A stretch of 64,000 nucleotides of DNA from the human T2T-CHM13v2.0 reference genome, Homo sapiens: assembly GCF_009914755.1 (NCBI RefSeq), contig NC_060932.1. One strand, given 5' to 3'. Within the stretch, counting starts at the first letter, position 1. The number at the start of each line of letters is the position of its first letter. This document shows positions 42,936-55,901 of the stretch, piece after piece. Below the pieces are notes generated by a model. The model searched no databases, was not told where the DNA came from, and saw only the letters and a program-made list of their open reading frames with translations. Position numbers and translations under genes: made by a program.

Positions 42936-43639
42936 CAGGGATGCCCATAGGTCCCTGGTAGAGCTTGAGTCTGTTCAGGGACCATGTCCTGCATAAATGC
43001 ATATCTGTGTTTGAGGCTGTGCTCCACACACCTAGACCACTGCGAACCAAAGGAGCACTCCAAGGTGGAACACAGATCAAAATCATGTCTCATTTTCCCT
43101 TATTCTTATTAATTTGACACAGAAATCCTGTAGCCCACTATCCTCCCACCATTTTCTAAGGTGGCCAGATATTTCCACCATAGAAATTGAGGCTTTTTTT
43201 TTTAGGATTAGTCTATAGATAACCCTTTGTGTGGACTCTCACATGGGGTTTTTTAGCCTCTTACATTTTCTAGACTATGGGGCCTGTCCCTGCATCCCAC
43301 ACTCACGTGCACACCACACATGCACACTCACTCACTCACATGCCCTGTTTCCTTGTGTTCTTTTGTTGACAAGTTTTCTTCTCCCTCTCCTAAAACAATT
43401 TCCAAATTTCAGGAAGGGACGTGTCTCCTGATGGTCCCACTTCAGGAGCCAGCATCCCAGCGAACTGATACCAGCTGATAGAGGAGGAAAAAGCCGAGAA
43501 GCCAGTTCAGAAAGGCCTGACATCTTCTCCCTCCCGCAGGAGCCACAGACACTCACCACTAGGTTCCCCCTCCCTTCTCAGGGACCCTGCACTTAGGTGC
43601 TCACTGAATCCCATTCACCTCAAGGCCCTGAAGAAAACT

Positions 43640-45130
43640 GCCCAGCAACTCTCCCGTCTCCTCTTGACATAATTTTTTCACTCTCCCAGATTATTCCCAT
43701 TGGTTTATAATAGTGTTGGGGTTTTCTCCCGTCTTGCAAGGTAAACAAAACAAAACTCATAACCTTTATCCCCTCCAGCTACAACCTCCTCTCTTTTTAC
43801 TTCACAATAAAACTCCTGAAAAAGAATCATCTGCTCCCTCTGTTTTAAATCTTTCCTGGTCATTCTTAAACCCCTTTCCATCATCATTTCTCTCCCACCA
43901 CCTCCCTGAGTCTCTCACCATGGTGCTCAATGTCCCATCGCTGCCTAACCTCAGCAGTGTCTTGTCAGTTTTCTCCTGTGTGGCCCCTCAGTAGCTTGGA
44001 TGCAGCTGTTCCTCCTTGAAACATCTCTCCTTCTTTCCTCAGCTTAAGGACACGACCCTGCCCTGCTTCTCCTCCAGAGAGCCACCTCCATGTCCAAGCT
44101 GGCTTCTCCTCACCACCCTTTTTTTGTTTTGTTTTGTGTTGTTTTTGCTAGCTTGCTTTCCGACGCAGACCACTACCTCTGCCCTGTTCTCTCTAGACCC
44201 CATCCCTTCTCACTAATGATTCCCGATGTCTCCCCTGAACTCAAAGCTGGCTGTTCTTGTTGTTGTTTTGAGATAGAATCTCACTCCGTCACCCAGGCTG
44301 GAGTGCAGTGACGCAGTCTCAGCTGACCACAACCTCCATCTCCTGGGCTCAAGTGATTCTCCTGCCTCAGCCTCTGCAGTAGCTGAGATTACAGGCATCC
44401 GCGACCACACCTGGCTAACTTTTGTATTTTTAGTAGAGATGGGGATTTACCATGTTGGCCAGGGTGGCCTTGAACTCCTGACTTCAGCTGACCTGCCCAC
44501 CTCAGCCTCTCAAAAGTGCTGGAGTTGCAGGCACAAGCCACCATGCCCAGCTGAACTCACACCTCGTCATCCAACAAACTGCATGGCCTCTCTTGTGGGA
44601 TATATGACTGGCATCTCAAACTTAACCTGCCCAAAGCTGAAAAGCTATTCCTTTATTGTCCCTGCCAAGCATGCTTCCCTCATAGTCTTTCCTATGCTGT
44701 TAATGACAATTGCATTCACTAGAATTGCTCAAACAAAAACAAACAAAATAAAATCCAGAGCCATCTTCAATTTTCTTCATTCTCTCCCACCCAATGCCCA
44801 TCCTTAGGAAATCCTGTTGGCTCTAGCCTCAAAGCATCTCCAGAATCTGCAGACCACCCCCATCACCATCCCCCATCACCACCCCCATCACCATGCCCTT
44901 GCACCACCACACACACAGACACCTGCGCCAGCCCCGCCCTGCTCTGCCTGGGCCCCGACACTCTGTCCCTGGCTCAGCAGGCACCATGATGGCGTCCAAA
45001 TGTCAGCTTGTCACTCCTCTGCTCAGAATCCTCCCAGGACTTCCACTCTCACCCAGAATTAAAGCCAAAACCCAATCAAAACCCTACCAGGTCCTTCCTA
45101 ATCTGCAGCCACAACCTGACCTCCTCCTGG
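43640..45130 (+). mobile_element. L2 LINE fragment (ORF2-3' region), interrupted by an Alu
   Basis: CTCCTTGAAAC...; GGCATCTCAAACTTAAC; TCACTCCTCTGCTCAGAATCCTCC. Confidence 0.75.
44252..44552 (-). mobile_element. Alu SINE with (TTG)n tail
   Basis: Reverse Alu; TSD beginning CTGAACTCA on both sides. Confidence 0.93.
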
Positions 45131-45533
45131 CCTGTCTCATCTCCTCTCCATCAGGCTGGCGCCGGGAAGGGGGGAGGGCTCTCCCCGGCCGCCGTGCTCC
45201 CATTCTGTGCTCCCTGTGCAGTGAGACCCCATCCAGCCTCCCTCAGACTAAGAGCACTGTGACAAGTCACCACCATTTGTCACTCAAAGCAAAGTGAAGG
45301 ATATGACTGCAGGGGCTGGGCTTGCGTGTGAGTGTGTATTAACTGAAACTTCCTCCTCAATATCTTTCACACTTTTCTTCTGCCTCCTAAACTTCCAGGA
45401 AATAAAAATTAACTATAGGGAATATATTAACCGCTTTTGTTGGTCAAGTCCAGAAAACCTGTCACAGAAAACGTAAGAAAGATAATTAAACACAATTGCA
45501 TATTCAAAGTTTTATGAGTTAAAATGAATCAGA

Positions 45534-45840
45534 GGTCAGGTGCAGTGTCTTATGTCTGTAATCCCAGCACTTTGAGAGGCCAAGGTAGGAGGATCACTTG
45601 AGCCTAGGAGTTGGATATCAGCCTGGACAACATGATGAAACTTCATCTCTACAAAAAAAATACAAAAAAATTAGCTAGGCATGATGGCATGCGTTTGTAG
45701 TCCCAGTTACTCAGGAGGCTGAGGTGGGAGGATTGCTTGAGTCCTGGAGATGGAGGCTGGAGTGACTGTGATCGTGCCTCTGTACTCTAGCTTGAGTGAC
45801 AGAGTGAGGCCCTGTCTCAAAAACTACAAATAATACAAAT
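45534..45840 (+). mobile_element. Alu SINE (AluJ-like)
   Basis: TSD AAAATGA(A/G)TCAGA. Confidence 0.95.
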
Positions 45841-46504
45841 AAAATGAGTCAGAGAGAACACAAGGCTGGGAAAAGAATATTTCTTGATTTCGTTATGGAG
45901 ATAGCCTTCCCCGTGTCGCAGAACACCTCTTTCGGGACACTAACACACTTGGCTACTGTCACATTTATTTGATTGCCTTCTAAAGGGCTAACATGTATTA
46001 TTACCAGGATGTAGGGCCATCCTCACTAATAATATGTTCCCAGTCAAAATAATATGCACACACTGCCAGCAAAATTAAGTAGAATCCACCCCATTGGGAG
46101 GGATGTTATTGCACTTGGGTTGGCTTCAGAGAGCTGTTTCTAACGTTACATGAGTTAAATATATGTTTATGAATAAGTCATGAACTTGACTTGGAATCCA
46201 GAAGCATCCTCACAACCCCTGCGAACAAAGGGAAATCAAATTGTTTGTCCTCCTGTCCACAGCAGCTTCACAGAGACAGCCTGAGCTTTTAATCTTCAGT
46301 GGACTCCCTTGACCCCAATTTCGCCTACCAATTATAAAATCACATCATGCATCTCCTTGAAAAGGATACCCCCTTTCAAAGAGGCCAATCTGTGCCAGGA
46401 AGGGAAGTTGACCAGAGACCGGGAGAGGGTCATAATTACCTCTTGCAAAACGCTGCAGGAATCCTCTCATCATGCCTGAAGAGGGAAGGTGTAGCGACTG
46501 CTCA

Positions 46505-47078
<574 letters not shown>

Positions 47079-47849
47079 TTAAAGAAATAAGAAAATAATA
47101 AAAATGAGAAAGATGCCAGGAAATCCTCAAAGCGATTCTTGTAGCAATCGGTGCCATATATTAAAACGGTCCTTTTCTTACCTGTTACTCTGTCGGTGAA
47201 AGATGTCTGTGATTGGGCAACCAATTGACTCAATATCACAGCATGCTTCTTATACCTAGGGGAGGATTACTTGATCAATCACTCTTAATATATTCCATGT
47301 TGATTTTGGGAAAAAAAAATCATTGATATGATTTACTCCACAAGTAGACACTGCTGTTCCTCATATATAAACCCTATTGAAGTTGTAACTGTCTTTCAAA
47401 AATATATATAAAACCCATATTGATCATTATAACTGTAGCAGGAGTCAAAATCCCCGGAGTATGTAAGGGTCAGGAAGTTGAAGCAGCTGTAAGAATCAGG
47501 CTGAGTGAAAGCAAAGGAATTTGCAGTGACAATGGCAGACAGAAGAGGGCATTGCTTATCTAAAGGAATTCAAATACAAATTTAAAAAAAAAAAAAAACA
47601 GAAAAAAAAGCTACTGTATATGAAAGACAATTATACCTCTATGGATGGATTCAGCCTACCAGCAAACAAATTGTAACTTCTCAGTCAGACTCACTTAAAA
47701 GGTAAATTTTTACCCAAAAACCATAGTTTTTGTGTGAGAACAAATATTTCAGCATATGTGGAAAGACAATATGTCCCATTTCTGGATGATGAATAATATG
47801 GTAATTGTAAGCATATGTAATATAACATTTATTGCTTAGTTAAAAAAAA

Positions 47850-47886
47850 GTTCTGCACATGTATCCCAGAACTTAAAGTAAAATTT
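47850..47886 (+). mobile_element. Extremely 5'-truncated L1PA 3' terminus
   Basis: GTTCTGCACATGTATCCCAGAACTTAAAGTAAAAT; TAAAAAAAG-like flanks. Confidence 0.75.
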
Positions 47887-48572
47887 TAAAAAAGCTTAAT
47901 ATTAGTATTTCAAAAAACAGGAAAAAATCTTCACTAATAAAATCTTACACAATGTCTGAATTATGTGTCTACTACCATTTTATTTGCAAAAGGAAGCTGT
48001 TAAGGGTTTTTTTTTTTTTTTAGTCCAAAACAGTGGAATTACTAAGAAAACATAATATTAATAGAAACAAACTAATACATTAAAAAATCTTATTCAAATG
48101 AAATAACTTGGCAGGTTGAGCAAGCCGAACCCATGACATTAAAAAGCACTATTTTATTCTTGACTCCCACTATCTCGTTGATCTTTATTCACATGCAGTA
48201 ATTTTGCCCCTGCCCTGACGAAAACTTCTGCAGGTCCAGCACCTTTTCTGCTCAGTCAGTCTAGGTCGCTGGAGAGGTCCTTGCTCATGTTGAGTCTAAA
48301 TGCAGCTCATTCATTGGAATGAACTCATTCCTAAACTCATTCTCATTCCTTAGAATGTTGGGTCCAAGATTTTAATGTTACCCCAAGGGAAAGGGGCCCT
48401 AATCTTCCTTCTCATCCTCTCTCTGTCCATTCCACCTGCTGGCCAACAGCACTGCTCCCATCAAGGCTGAAGCTGGGGAGGAGGGAGAGCATCTAACTGA
48501 AGGTTTCACACCCTCTGAGCCTGGGGATAGCAGAGCTAATATCCTGGGTGAGTCTGGAAGTTTATAGCTGCC

Positions 48573-48945
48573 TGTATTAGTCCATTTTCACACTGTTATA
48601 AACAACTGCCTGAGACCGGGTAATTAATAAAGGAAAGAGGTTTAATTGACTCACAGTTCCCCATGGCTGGGGAGACCTCAGGAAACTCACAATCATGATG
48701 GAAGATGAAGGGGAGGCAAGACACCTTCTTCACAAGGTGGCAGGAAGGAGAATGAACACAGGCAGAACAACCACTTATAAAACCATCGGATCTCATGAGA
48801 ATTCACTCACTAACCCGAGAACAGCATGGGGGAAACCACCACCCTGATTCAATTGCCTCCACCTGGTCTCTCCCTTGGCACGTGGGGATTATGGGAATTA
48901 CAATTCAAGATGAGATTTTCGCTGGAGACACAGCCAAAAATATCA
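48573..48945 (-). mobile_element. MaLR solo LTR (THE1D-like)
   Basis: TGTATTAGTCCATTTTCACACTG...AATATCA; TSD CTGCC. Confidence 0.93.
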
Positions 48946-49419
48946 CTGCCTCTTTCTCATAGTGGTTTTCATAAGCTCTTTGGAGCCTCAGATCATCACT
49001 CGACTGGGCACCCAGGGCACCTCATGGTCACCTTTGCCCCCTTCCAAATGAGAGCTCTGTCCCCTCAGGTGGTCCTGGAAAGAGCACTCAGGATAACCCA
49101 GTGTAGCCTACATTTGGGGTACAGCAAACATTCATATGCTAGGGCAGTGAGTGCTGATCCCCACACAAAAGGAGGGACCTCATCTCTGCTTTGCCCAGAG
49201 CTGAGAAGGGCATTAGCCAGTCTCTTCCACCAGAGTCCGTCTAGAAAAAAGCACATTTCAGAGCTCTCCAAGGGACTTCTGGAAGCCCTCACACCAGGCT
49301 CAGGAGGGAGGACAGCTCACTCAGCCCTTCCCCAAGTAAAAAACCTGGTCTCACGGTGCAGTACATTCCTTCCAAATAAGCCCCTCCCTAGATTCCTCTC
49401 CCCAAATTCTCTTGACAGG

Positions 49420-49708
49420 CAGACCCATATATGTCTGACAACCTGGAAATTACCAGCCTCATCCTAAAACTTTCTGCACAAACCGCCCTTTAATGTGCAT
49501 GTAATTAAAAGTGAGTATAAATATGGCTGCAGAGCTCCTCTGAGCTGCTACTCTGGGCACACTGCCTGTGGCATAGCCCTGCTCTGCAAAGAGCAGGCCC
49601 TCTGCTGTGCACGGCCACTTCAACACAAGTTACTAACACCACTGGCTTGCCCTTGAATTCTTTTCCTGGATGAAGCCAAGAACCCTCCTGGGCTAATCTC
49701 AAGTTTTG
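49420..49708 (+). mobile_element. MER41-family ERV1 LTR, 3' half
   Basis: GCATGTAATTAAAAGTGAGTATAAATATG...CTGAGCTGCTACTCTGGGCACACTGCC...GAAGCCAAGAACCCTCC. Confidence 0.8.
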
Positions 49709-49905
49709 GACACTGGAGACACAGAAAGAGAAAGGGTAAGAAGAGGGTAAAGGATGAAAAACTACCTATTAGGTGCAATGTACACTACTCAGGTGATAGG
49801 TGCATTTAAATCATAGACTTCACCACTGTACAGTTCATCTATGTAACCAAAACCGCTTGTACCCCTAAGTCCATTGAAATAAAAGACAATTTTAAAATAG
49901 TAAAA
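49709..49905 (+). mobile_element. L1PB-like 3' end
   Basis: GATGAAAAACTACCTATT...GACTTCACCACT...TTGTACCCCTAA...GAAATAAAA. Confidence 0.88.
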
Positions 49906-50111
49906 TTAAAAATTGAAAACATTGTACCACTGTGACAGACACTGTGACAGGGAGACACAAATAGCAATCTGTGTCTCCCTAAGCCAAGTAGAACTTTGTT
50001 TTCACAAAGTGTAGCCTTTCTCAAAATTAAAGGTTATAGAAGGTCTCAGGTTTAAGGCACTTCTCATATTTCATAAAGAATAATAATAAGATAATCACTT
50101 ATTGATCTTCA

Positions 50112-50238
50112 CTTTTCTTTAAGCAATGGAGGTCTTGCTCTGTTGCCCAGGTTGGACTCAAATTCCTGGGCTCAAGTGATCCTTCCACTTCAGCCTTCCG
50201 AATTGCTGGGACTACAGGCAGTGCCACCACGTCTGGCT
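50112..50238 (-). mobile_element. FLAM-like Alu monomer inserted in a MIR
   Basis: Single monomer; TSD ATCACTTATTGA. Confidence 0.85.
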
Positions 50239-50751
50239 TAATCATCACTTATTGACCATCTACAACAATCTTCATGACAATGATACAAGTCATTTATGGT
50301 GTCCATTTGTTTTAAGAGAGACTGAGGTTGGCCAAGTTAAGAGAAAGTCATATGACCAATATGTGAATGCAAGTTCCTGAACTTCTACAATGTCTCAATG
50401 CCTCTTGACCACAAATAAAAAATTAGAGAAGTTTAAAAAAACAAAATATAGACAAAATTACCAAATTACACACTTTTCTGTTAAAAAAAAAAAAGGAAAA
50501 CATATACTATGAGAATGTGAGGTTAATTTTAGTTACACTTTATAGCACAGCACCACTGGTACATGTTTCCCGTGATACTGCCACGTTCTGTTTATTTTTA
50601 TTTTAATGTCTCTCATTTTGGCTTGCAGTCAAAATCACTTTCCTTAGCCAACGATTAGTTCACCTTTGCATTTTGGGCCAGTGCTAATGATAAATCCACA
50701 TAAATCTTGCAAGAAATTGCATATTTCTATATATCAGATTTTCATATGAAT

Positions 50752-51473
50752 TGTTAAGCTTGGCCAAGGTCAATGCAACCCTCTGCAGGACTAAACTTTA
50801 GACAGGCTTCTTCCCAATTCCAGACCCCTGACTTCCCTTTCCTTAGAATGTTTACTTTAGAAAACTCATCATTGTAAGTTCTTTCTCTGCCCCTTTGAGA
50901 CGTAAATTATTTCCCAGCCTCTTGCCAGTTGTGCAACCCAAGACCGTCTTTCTCAAGGATCTGGGAGCTATCTCTTTGAAATTTAGTCATTCAAAAGGAT
51001 AGGTTTCCTGTTTCCCCATCTATCTGTGTATGTATGCATCCCTTTTTACATCTGTTTGTGCACATATGTATCTCTGTGTGTACACGTGTCTGTGTGTGCA
51101 TGTGTATCTGTGTATCTCTGTACATATATGTCAGTGTATTCATGTATGCATCTGTATGAGTGTCTGTATCTGTGTGTGTACAAATGCATGTGTACATATC
51201 TCTGTGTATGTATCTCTGAGTGCCTACGTGGCAGGGTAGGAGGCTAACTTTAATAAATGCCAATTAACAAACACAGACAATTAAGCATATCGGCTACCCT
51301 CCCCTCCAAAGTCCTCCAGTGCTTCCTGCTAGCTCACCCCAGTGCTGACAAACTCTCCCCCTTGTTTTAAGAGTTTATTTCTATGTCTCTCCCCTATTTT
51401 AATAGTCTCTTTCCCCAATTGCAATAAGCTTGAATATAGTCTTCTTTGCTGTTCATTGCAATTTTTTTTGACA
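50752..51473 (+). mobile_element. ERV1 LTR (MER67-like) containing an expanded microsatellite
   Basis: CTAAACTTTAGACAGGCTTCTTCC...CTTTCTCAAGGA...CTAGCTCACCCCAG...TTTGACA. Confidence 0.7.
51024..51225 (+). repeat. Degenerate (TG/TA) microsatellite
   Basis: TGTGTATGTATGCATC... alternating purine-pyrimidine. Confidence 0.9.
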
Positions 51474-53454
51474 AGCTGAGGGAATCAAGATGCCATGAGA
51501 TTCCTGTAAATAATTGAAGATGGATGTGCCATACTACTGGAGAAACAATAAAAAAAAAAAAAAAACCACTGCCCACTGGCTTTGCACACATGTAAGATGC
51601 AAGTAGTTAAGCTCATTCACTCAAATATGCTGTCCTTCATTAAGTCATTTTTTATAATAAACAACTTCTAAAGCCATCATTATAAACATCAATGCAATTG
51701 GGGAACAGACAAGTTCATTTTAAATCTCCATCTAGTTTATCTTCAAGCCATAATGTATGCCAAATAACTTAAGTCATTTTGTTCATAAATCTACACATCA
51801 CCAGAGGGGAAAACAACTGGCACAGATACATCAGTAGCAGAGAGGAAGAAAAAAAAAGGAAGTATATGAAGTGTAAGTAGAGAAAAGTATCAATAGAAGA
51901 CGACAACATGATATCAGAAATCCAGCGGGAAATAATCAAATGAAGGGAAGAGGTAAAGATAAGGGGATATAGTAAAGCGTAAAAAAAAAAACAAATAGAT
52001 CTCCCTTCCCACATCCCCCCAAAAAAATTACTGTTTTACAGACAAAAAAGAAAATCCCAGAGAAAGAATGCGTTGCTGGGTCTTTTACGGAGATAAATAA
52101 GAGAATTCCTTCCCTCCAGGATCTTGTAGTTCAAGAATACATTGCTCTATTACATACAGCAAAACAGTAAAAAGAAAAATAAGGGAGAGAGGAGAAATGA
52201 CAGTCATTCCTCCCAGATGACCAGGGAATTAGGGGTGGGACCAGAACTCCCAGAAATCAGGGATCCTGATTTACTTTTCAGCATTTCACTCCGATCCCTG
52301 CCTGCTTCATGCCAACAGAGCTAATTACCGAGCATCATAATTACATTCTTCCTCACTAAGTTTCCCTGACAATTTCAATTAAATAAGGTGTCGTTCCTCT
52401 AAATCAAGTTCTTGCTGATCATAAATAAAGCTCTTGGTGATGATAAATAAAACTGTTAATAATCTAGACTTAAAGCGAGGTGCAGTCTCATCCCCCTGTG
52501 AATTCACAAGCCCTGGAGGGTCCCTGTGAGTCTCATTGCTCTCCCACAAGAGCGTGCTTCTGTGCAGTTGGGTACTGTGGTTTTCCCACTGCCGAACGCA
52601 TCCCTGGTGCCTTCTGAATGAGTCTACAACTCTTTGGGTTTAGGTTCCAATGTCGTCATTTTTAAATGCATCCATTACTTGCAGATCGCTGAGTCAATGT
52701 ATAATGAAAAACTCAATTCTATTTAAGGGCTAAACGATAAAATTCGCCAAAAATATGGGTGGAATGATAAGCGGTACAGAAATGAAGAGAGATTGAAAAG
52801 AGTCCTAAGAGGTAAAGAAGATTAAAAGCACGGAAGTTTAGCTTAAAGAGATCTACATAACCCAGGCAGTGCCTTGGGAGAGAATTGCCATAGAATACCT
52901 GATTTCTTCCATTTCAATGGTACCATCTGGGACCCAAGGCCCATTCTGACCTTCACTGTCATTATGGGGAAAAGGTGAATTCTGTCATTGCTATAGCAAC
53001 CTTCCTTTTCAGCCTTTCCTCTCATTTTCCTCAATTCATCTTCTGTGAGTTGCTTATCTCCCCTCATTATCAAGTGACTAGCAACTCTTCAATTATTTTT
53101 TAAACCTGAGTTAAAGTCCCAGCTGTATCATGGAGAGTTTTGTCCACATTAGTAAAATAAAATCACTTCCTGTCATAAACCTCTGGCTCGTGGAGATGGG
53201 CTTTATTAAATAGCTCATGTTAATTGTGAGTTGACATCCCCTATTGGGTAATGCACGTGTGACCATGTTGGAAGAGAAGAATTTCAGGTGAAAGGCCCAT
53301 TTATTTAAACAGATCTGTCCTCCACAGTTCTACCAAATAAGCCCCAATTGTGGAGTTTCTACAGATCCTTCCATTTTGTATCTATCTTCTCATGAATTTT
53401 AAGGGAAAAAAAAAAGAGAGGAAAAAGGTGTCCCACTGAGGAGGGGTGGTTCCA

Positions 53455-53630
53455 TTCTCTCACTGATCAGTTATGTAATCTTTGGAGAATCAGTTCAGGT
53501 GGCTGCACTTCAGTTTCCCCTTCCATTCAGTGGGCAGAGCAATGGCTCCCCTAGCTGTGTCTCAGGGATGCTGTGACTGTTTGAAGAGATACCGCGTATC
53601 AAAATGGTATACCGATGTAAGCTATTATTA
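53455..53630 (+). mobile_element. MIR fragment
   Basis: CTTCAGTTTCCCCTTC...TCAGGGATGCTGTG. Confidence 0.55.
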
Positions 53631-54016
53631 CGTAATTCAGACGTTTTCTACACCCATCACGATTCATTTCAGAGCACTGTTGGCTGTTCTTCAGTGACAG
53701 CCATGTGCTGCTTTCGTGAGTATAATTGGGCGGCGAGCCATGCAGCTTCCTGGATTAGTGAGTTTTTGTTTATGAAGTTTCCGATGTTTAGAATTTTTTC
53801 TCCATCTTTGCTAATTGGCTTTAAATGCTAGTAAGGAAGAAGCTGCTACTGCCAGTAAATTAAAATTGCCTGCATTTCATTCCTTTCCAAGTCTTGTTTA
53901 CCCAAGCCAGAATTCATTTTTTGTTCAACATTTTAAAAACCTTTATTATGTTAGGTGGTAAAGCACAGAGAGAGGCATGCTCAATGCTTGAGCTTTGATT
54001 TTTTTGCATTCCATGA

Positions 54017-54017
54017 T

Positions 54018-54050
<33 letters not shown>
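54017..54050 (+). repeat. (TG)n microsatellite
   Basis: Near-perfect TG run. Confidence 0.95.
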
Positions 54051-54053
<3 letters not shown>

Positions 54054-54171
54054 ACATGTGTGGGAGGACTGGGTACCATTTTGGATAGCTTTCAGGCCTC
54101 TTGACACGACCATAAAGGGAAAGCTTGGGGCTTGTAAAGAACTTTACCAACATCTTCTGAAATTAAACCAA

Positions 54172-54303
54172 CCATTCTGTTGGTTTTTCTGTTTCTACTG
54201 ATCAGTTTTCTTCTATTGTTACTGCACTTGTTTACTTCGGCTGCCATAAAACAAAATGCTATAGACTGGGTGGCTTAAACAACAGTAATTTATCCTATCT
54301 CAG
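54172..54303 (+). repeat. Copy of 57004-57134 (unique flank plus first ~80 bp of MLT1B)
   Basis: CCATTCTGTTGGTTTTTCTGTT...ACTGATCAGTTTTCTTCTATTGTTA...GACTGGGTGGCTTAAACAACAG; about 88% identity by hand. Confidence 0.9.
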
Positions 54304-54389
54304 CTTTTATATGTATAGTATATTTTCTCCAAGGTTTTATACCAATTTTAGGCATAACTGGCCTTTTCCATTTATGAGTTTTGGGTTCT

Positions 54390-54530
54390 GAAAAAAGTTA
54401 CAACCTCTCTAAGCCTTCATTTCCACCTCTCTACAAATGGAGAAAATATTGCTTCTGTGCAGGTTTTATTGTGAGATCAAAGACATAATGTACAAAGCCT
54501 GGCACCAGGTAAGTTCTCAGCAAACATGTC
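54390..54530 (+). mobile_element. MIR fragment
   Basis: AGTTACAACCTCTCTAAGCCTTCATTTCC...GCCTGGCAC. Confidence 0.65.
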
Positions 54531-54911
54531 TGTGTGGCTAGATCCAATGTCCTGGGCCAATGCTGGACAGGCTCCTTCCCTACATAGCCCTCCAAAGAGA
54601 AACAGAACCTGGGACTCAGAGCCCAGGATTTGCCGTATCCCCCCGAGAGTCACTGACTCACAGTAGGGAGGAGCGAATTTATGCTTTCCAGCCTGGGTCT
54701 CAGAGACCGTCCTAGAATCTTAATCCTAGCACCCCTCTTAGTCTTTCAGTCAGATAACCCATCTCAATTTAAAGATCTCTACAGGAAAAGAAAATGACAA
54801 TTCCCTCTCCTCTCTTTTTCACACCCCACCCAGTGCTACACAAGAGCTTTCAAAACTCAAATCTGTGGGTACGAAAACCCTCCTGTTTATTTTTACTAAA
54901 AACAAGACAAT

Positions 54912-54981
54912 CACACACACACACACATGCACACACACACACTTACACACACACTTGCACACACACACATACACACACACA
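54912..54981 (+). repeat. (CA)n interrupted microsatellite
   Basis: CA run with TG/TT interruptions. Confidence 0.95.
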
Positions 54982-55109
54982 ACATCATGGAATGCAAAAA
55001 AGGTTTGATATCATGAGAAGATTAACTGAAAAGCAATTATTCTAATCACCAGCTATGGAAAAAGGCATAAAGAATTAATCAGCAGCTACATTTCAAGCTA
55101 GAAACAGAG

Positions 55110-55325
55110 TGAACTATGGTAGAGCTGTTGGGATCACGGGGTCTGAAGTCAAGGTCCCTGGTCTCAAATTCCAGGCCCACCATTTACCAGTGGCAAGGCA
55201 TGGGTCCAGCTGCTTAACCCCTCTTCCCCAGTTTCCTCAAAATGTGCTGGAAATAAAATAATATATAAAATGCACTTAGAACATCACCTGGTGAGTGGCA
55301 AACACTCAATGAACATTAGCTGCTG
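55110..55325 (+). mobile_element. MIR SINE
   Basis: TCAAATTCCAGG...CCATTTACCAG...CAGTTTCCTC...CACTCAATGAACATTAGCT. Confidence 0.75.
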
Positions 55326-55494
55326 CACTTACCATTATGATCACTATCGCATAAACGCCACAAGATGCAGGTGCAGCGATGACTCATGGTGAACGCAGAC
55401 AGGTGCGAGCACCACACTACGCTGCGGGACGCCCTGAAGGCGAGGAACAGAATGACACAGCTCCATCTCCACAGGACCTGCCAATTTTTAAGCA

Positions 55495-55650
55495 ACCACT
55501 GCACATAATCTGAGCTCACATCATAGCCATCCTAAAAGGCGGATAGTTTCATCCCATTTTTGCTCATTAAATGAGTTATTAACCCAAGACTACAAAGCTA
55601 GTAAATGATGACGCAGGGATTCAAGCTCAATCCTTTCACTAGAGCTTAGT
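55495..55650 (-). mobile_element. MIR fragment
   Basis: CATCCCATTTT...CCCAAGACTACAAAGCTAGTAAATG...GGGATTCAA. Confidence 0.65.
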
Positions 55651-55901
55651 GAAAAGGTTGAATGACTAAACCACGGTGAAGAGCTAAAGGGAACTTGGAC
55701 CCTTGCCTCTTACCCACCCTACATGGCATCATCTTGACTGAGTCTCTTCAGAAGAGACTATGGTAGACCAGGTGGCTCCGTTTCAGAAGAGTCCATTATG
55801 ACTTTATGGTTTCCAACGGAAAGCACATGCAGTTCAATGTAACCACACTCATGAAAGGTACATTCCCTTCATGCCTGGACCCCCGCACCTACCTTTGTGC
55901 C

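Noticed and set aside
45160-45180. Possible G-quadruplex
   Set aside because: Only three runs of three or more G.
47363-47436. Diverged ~45-bp tandem duplication, plus similar micro-duplications near 14720, 20635 and 30040
   Set aside because: Ordinary replication-slippage products in AT-rich DNA.
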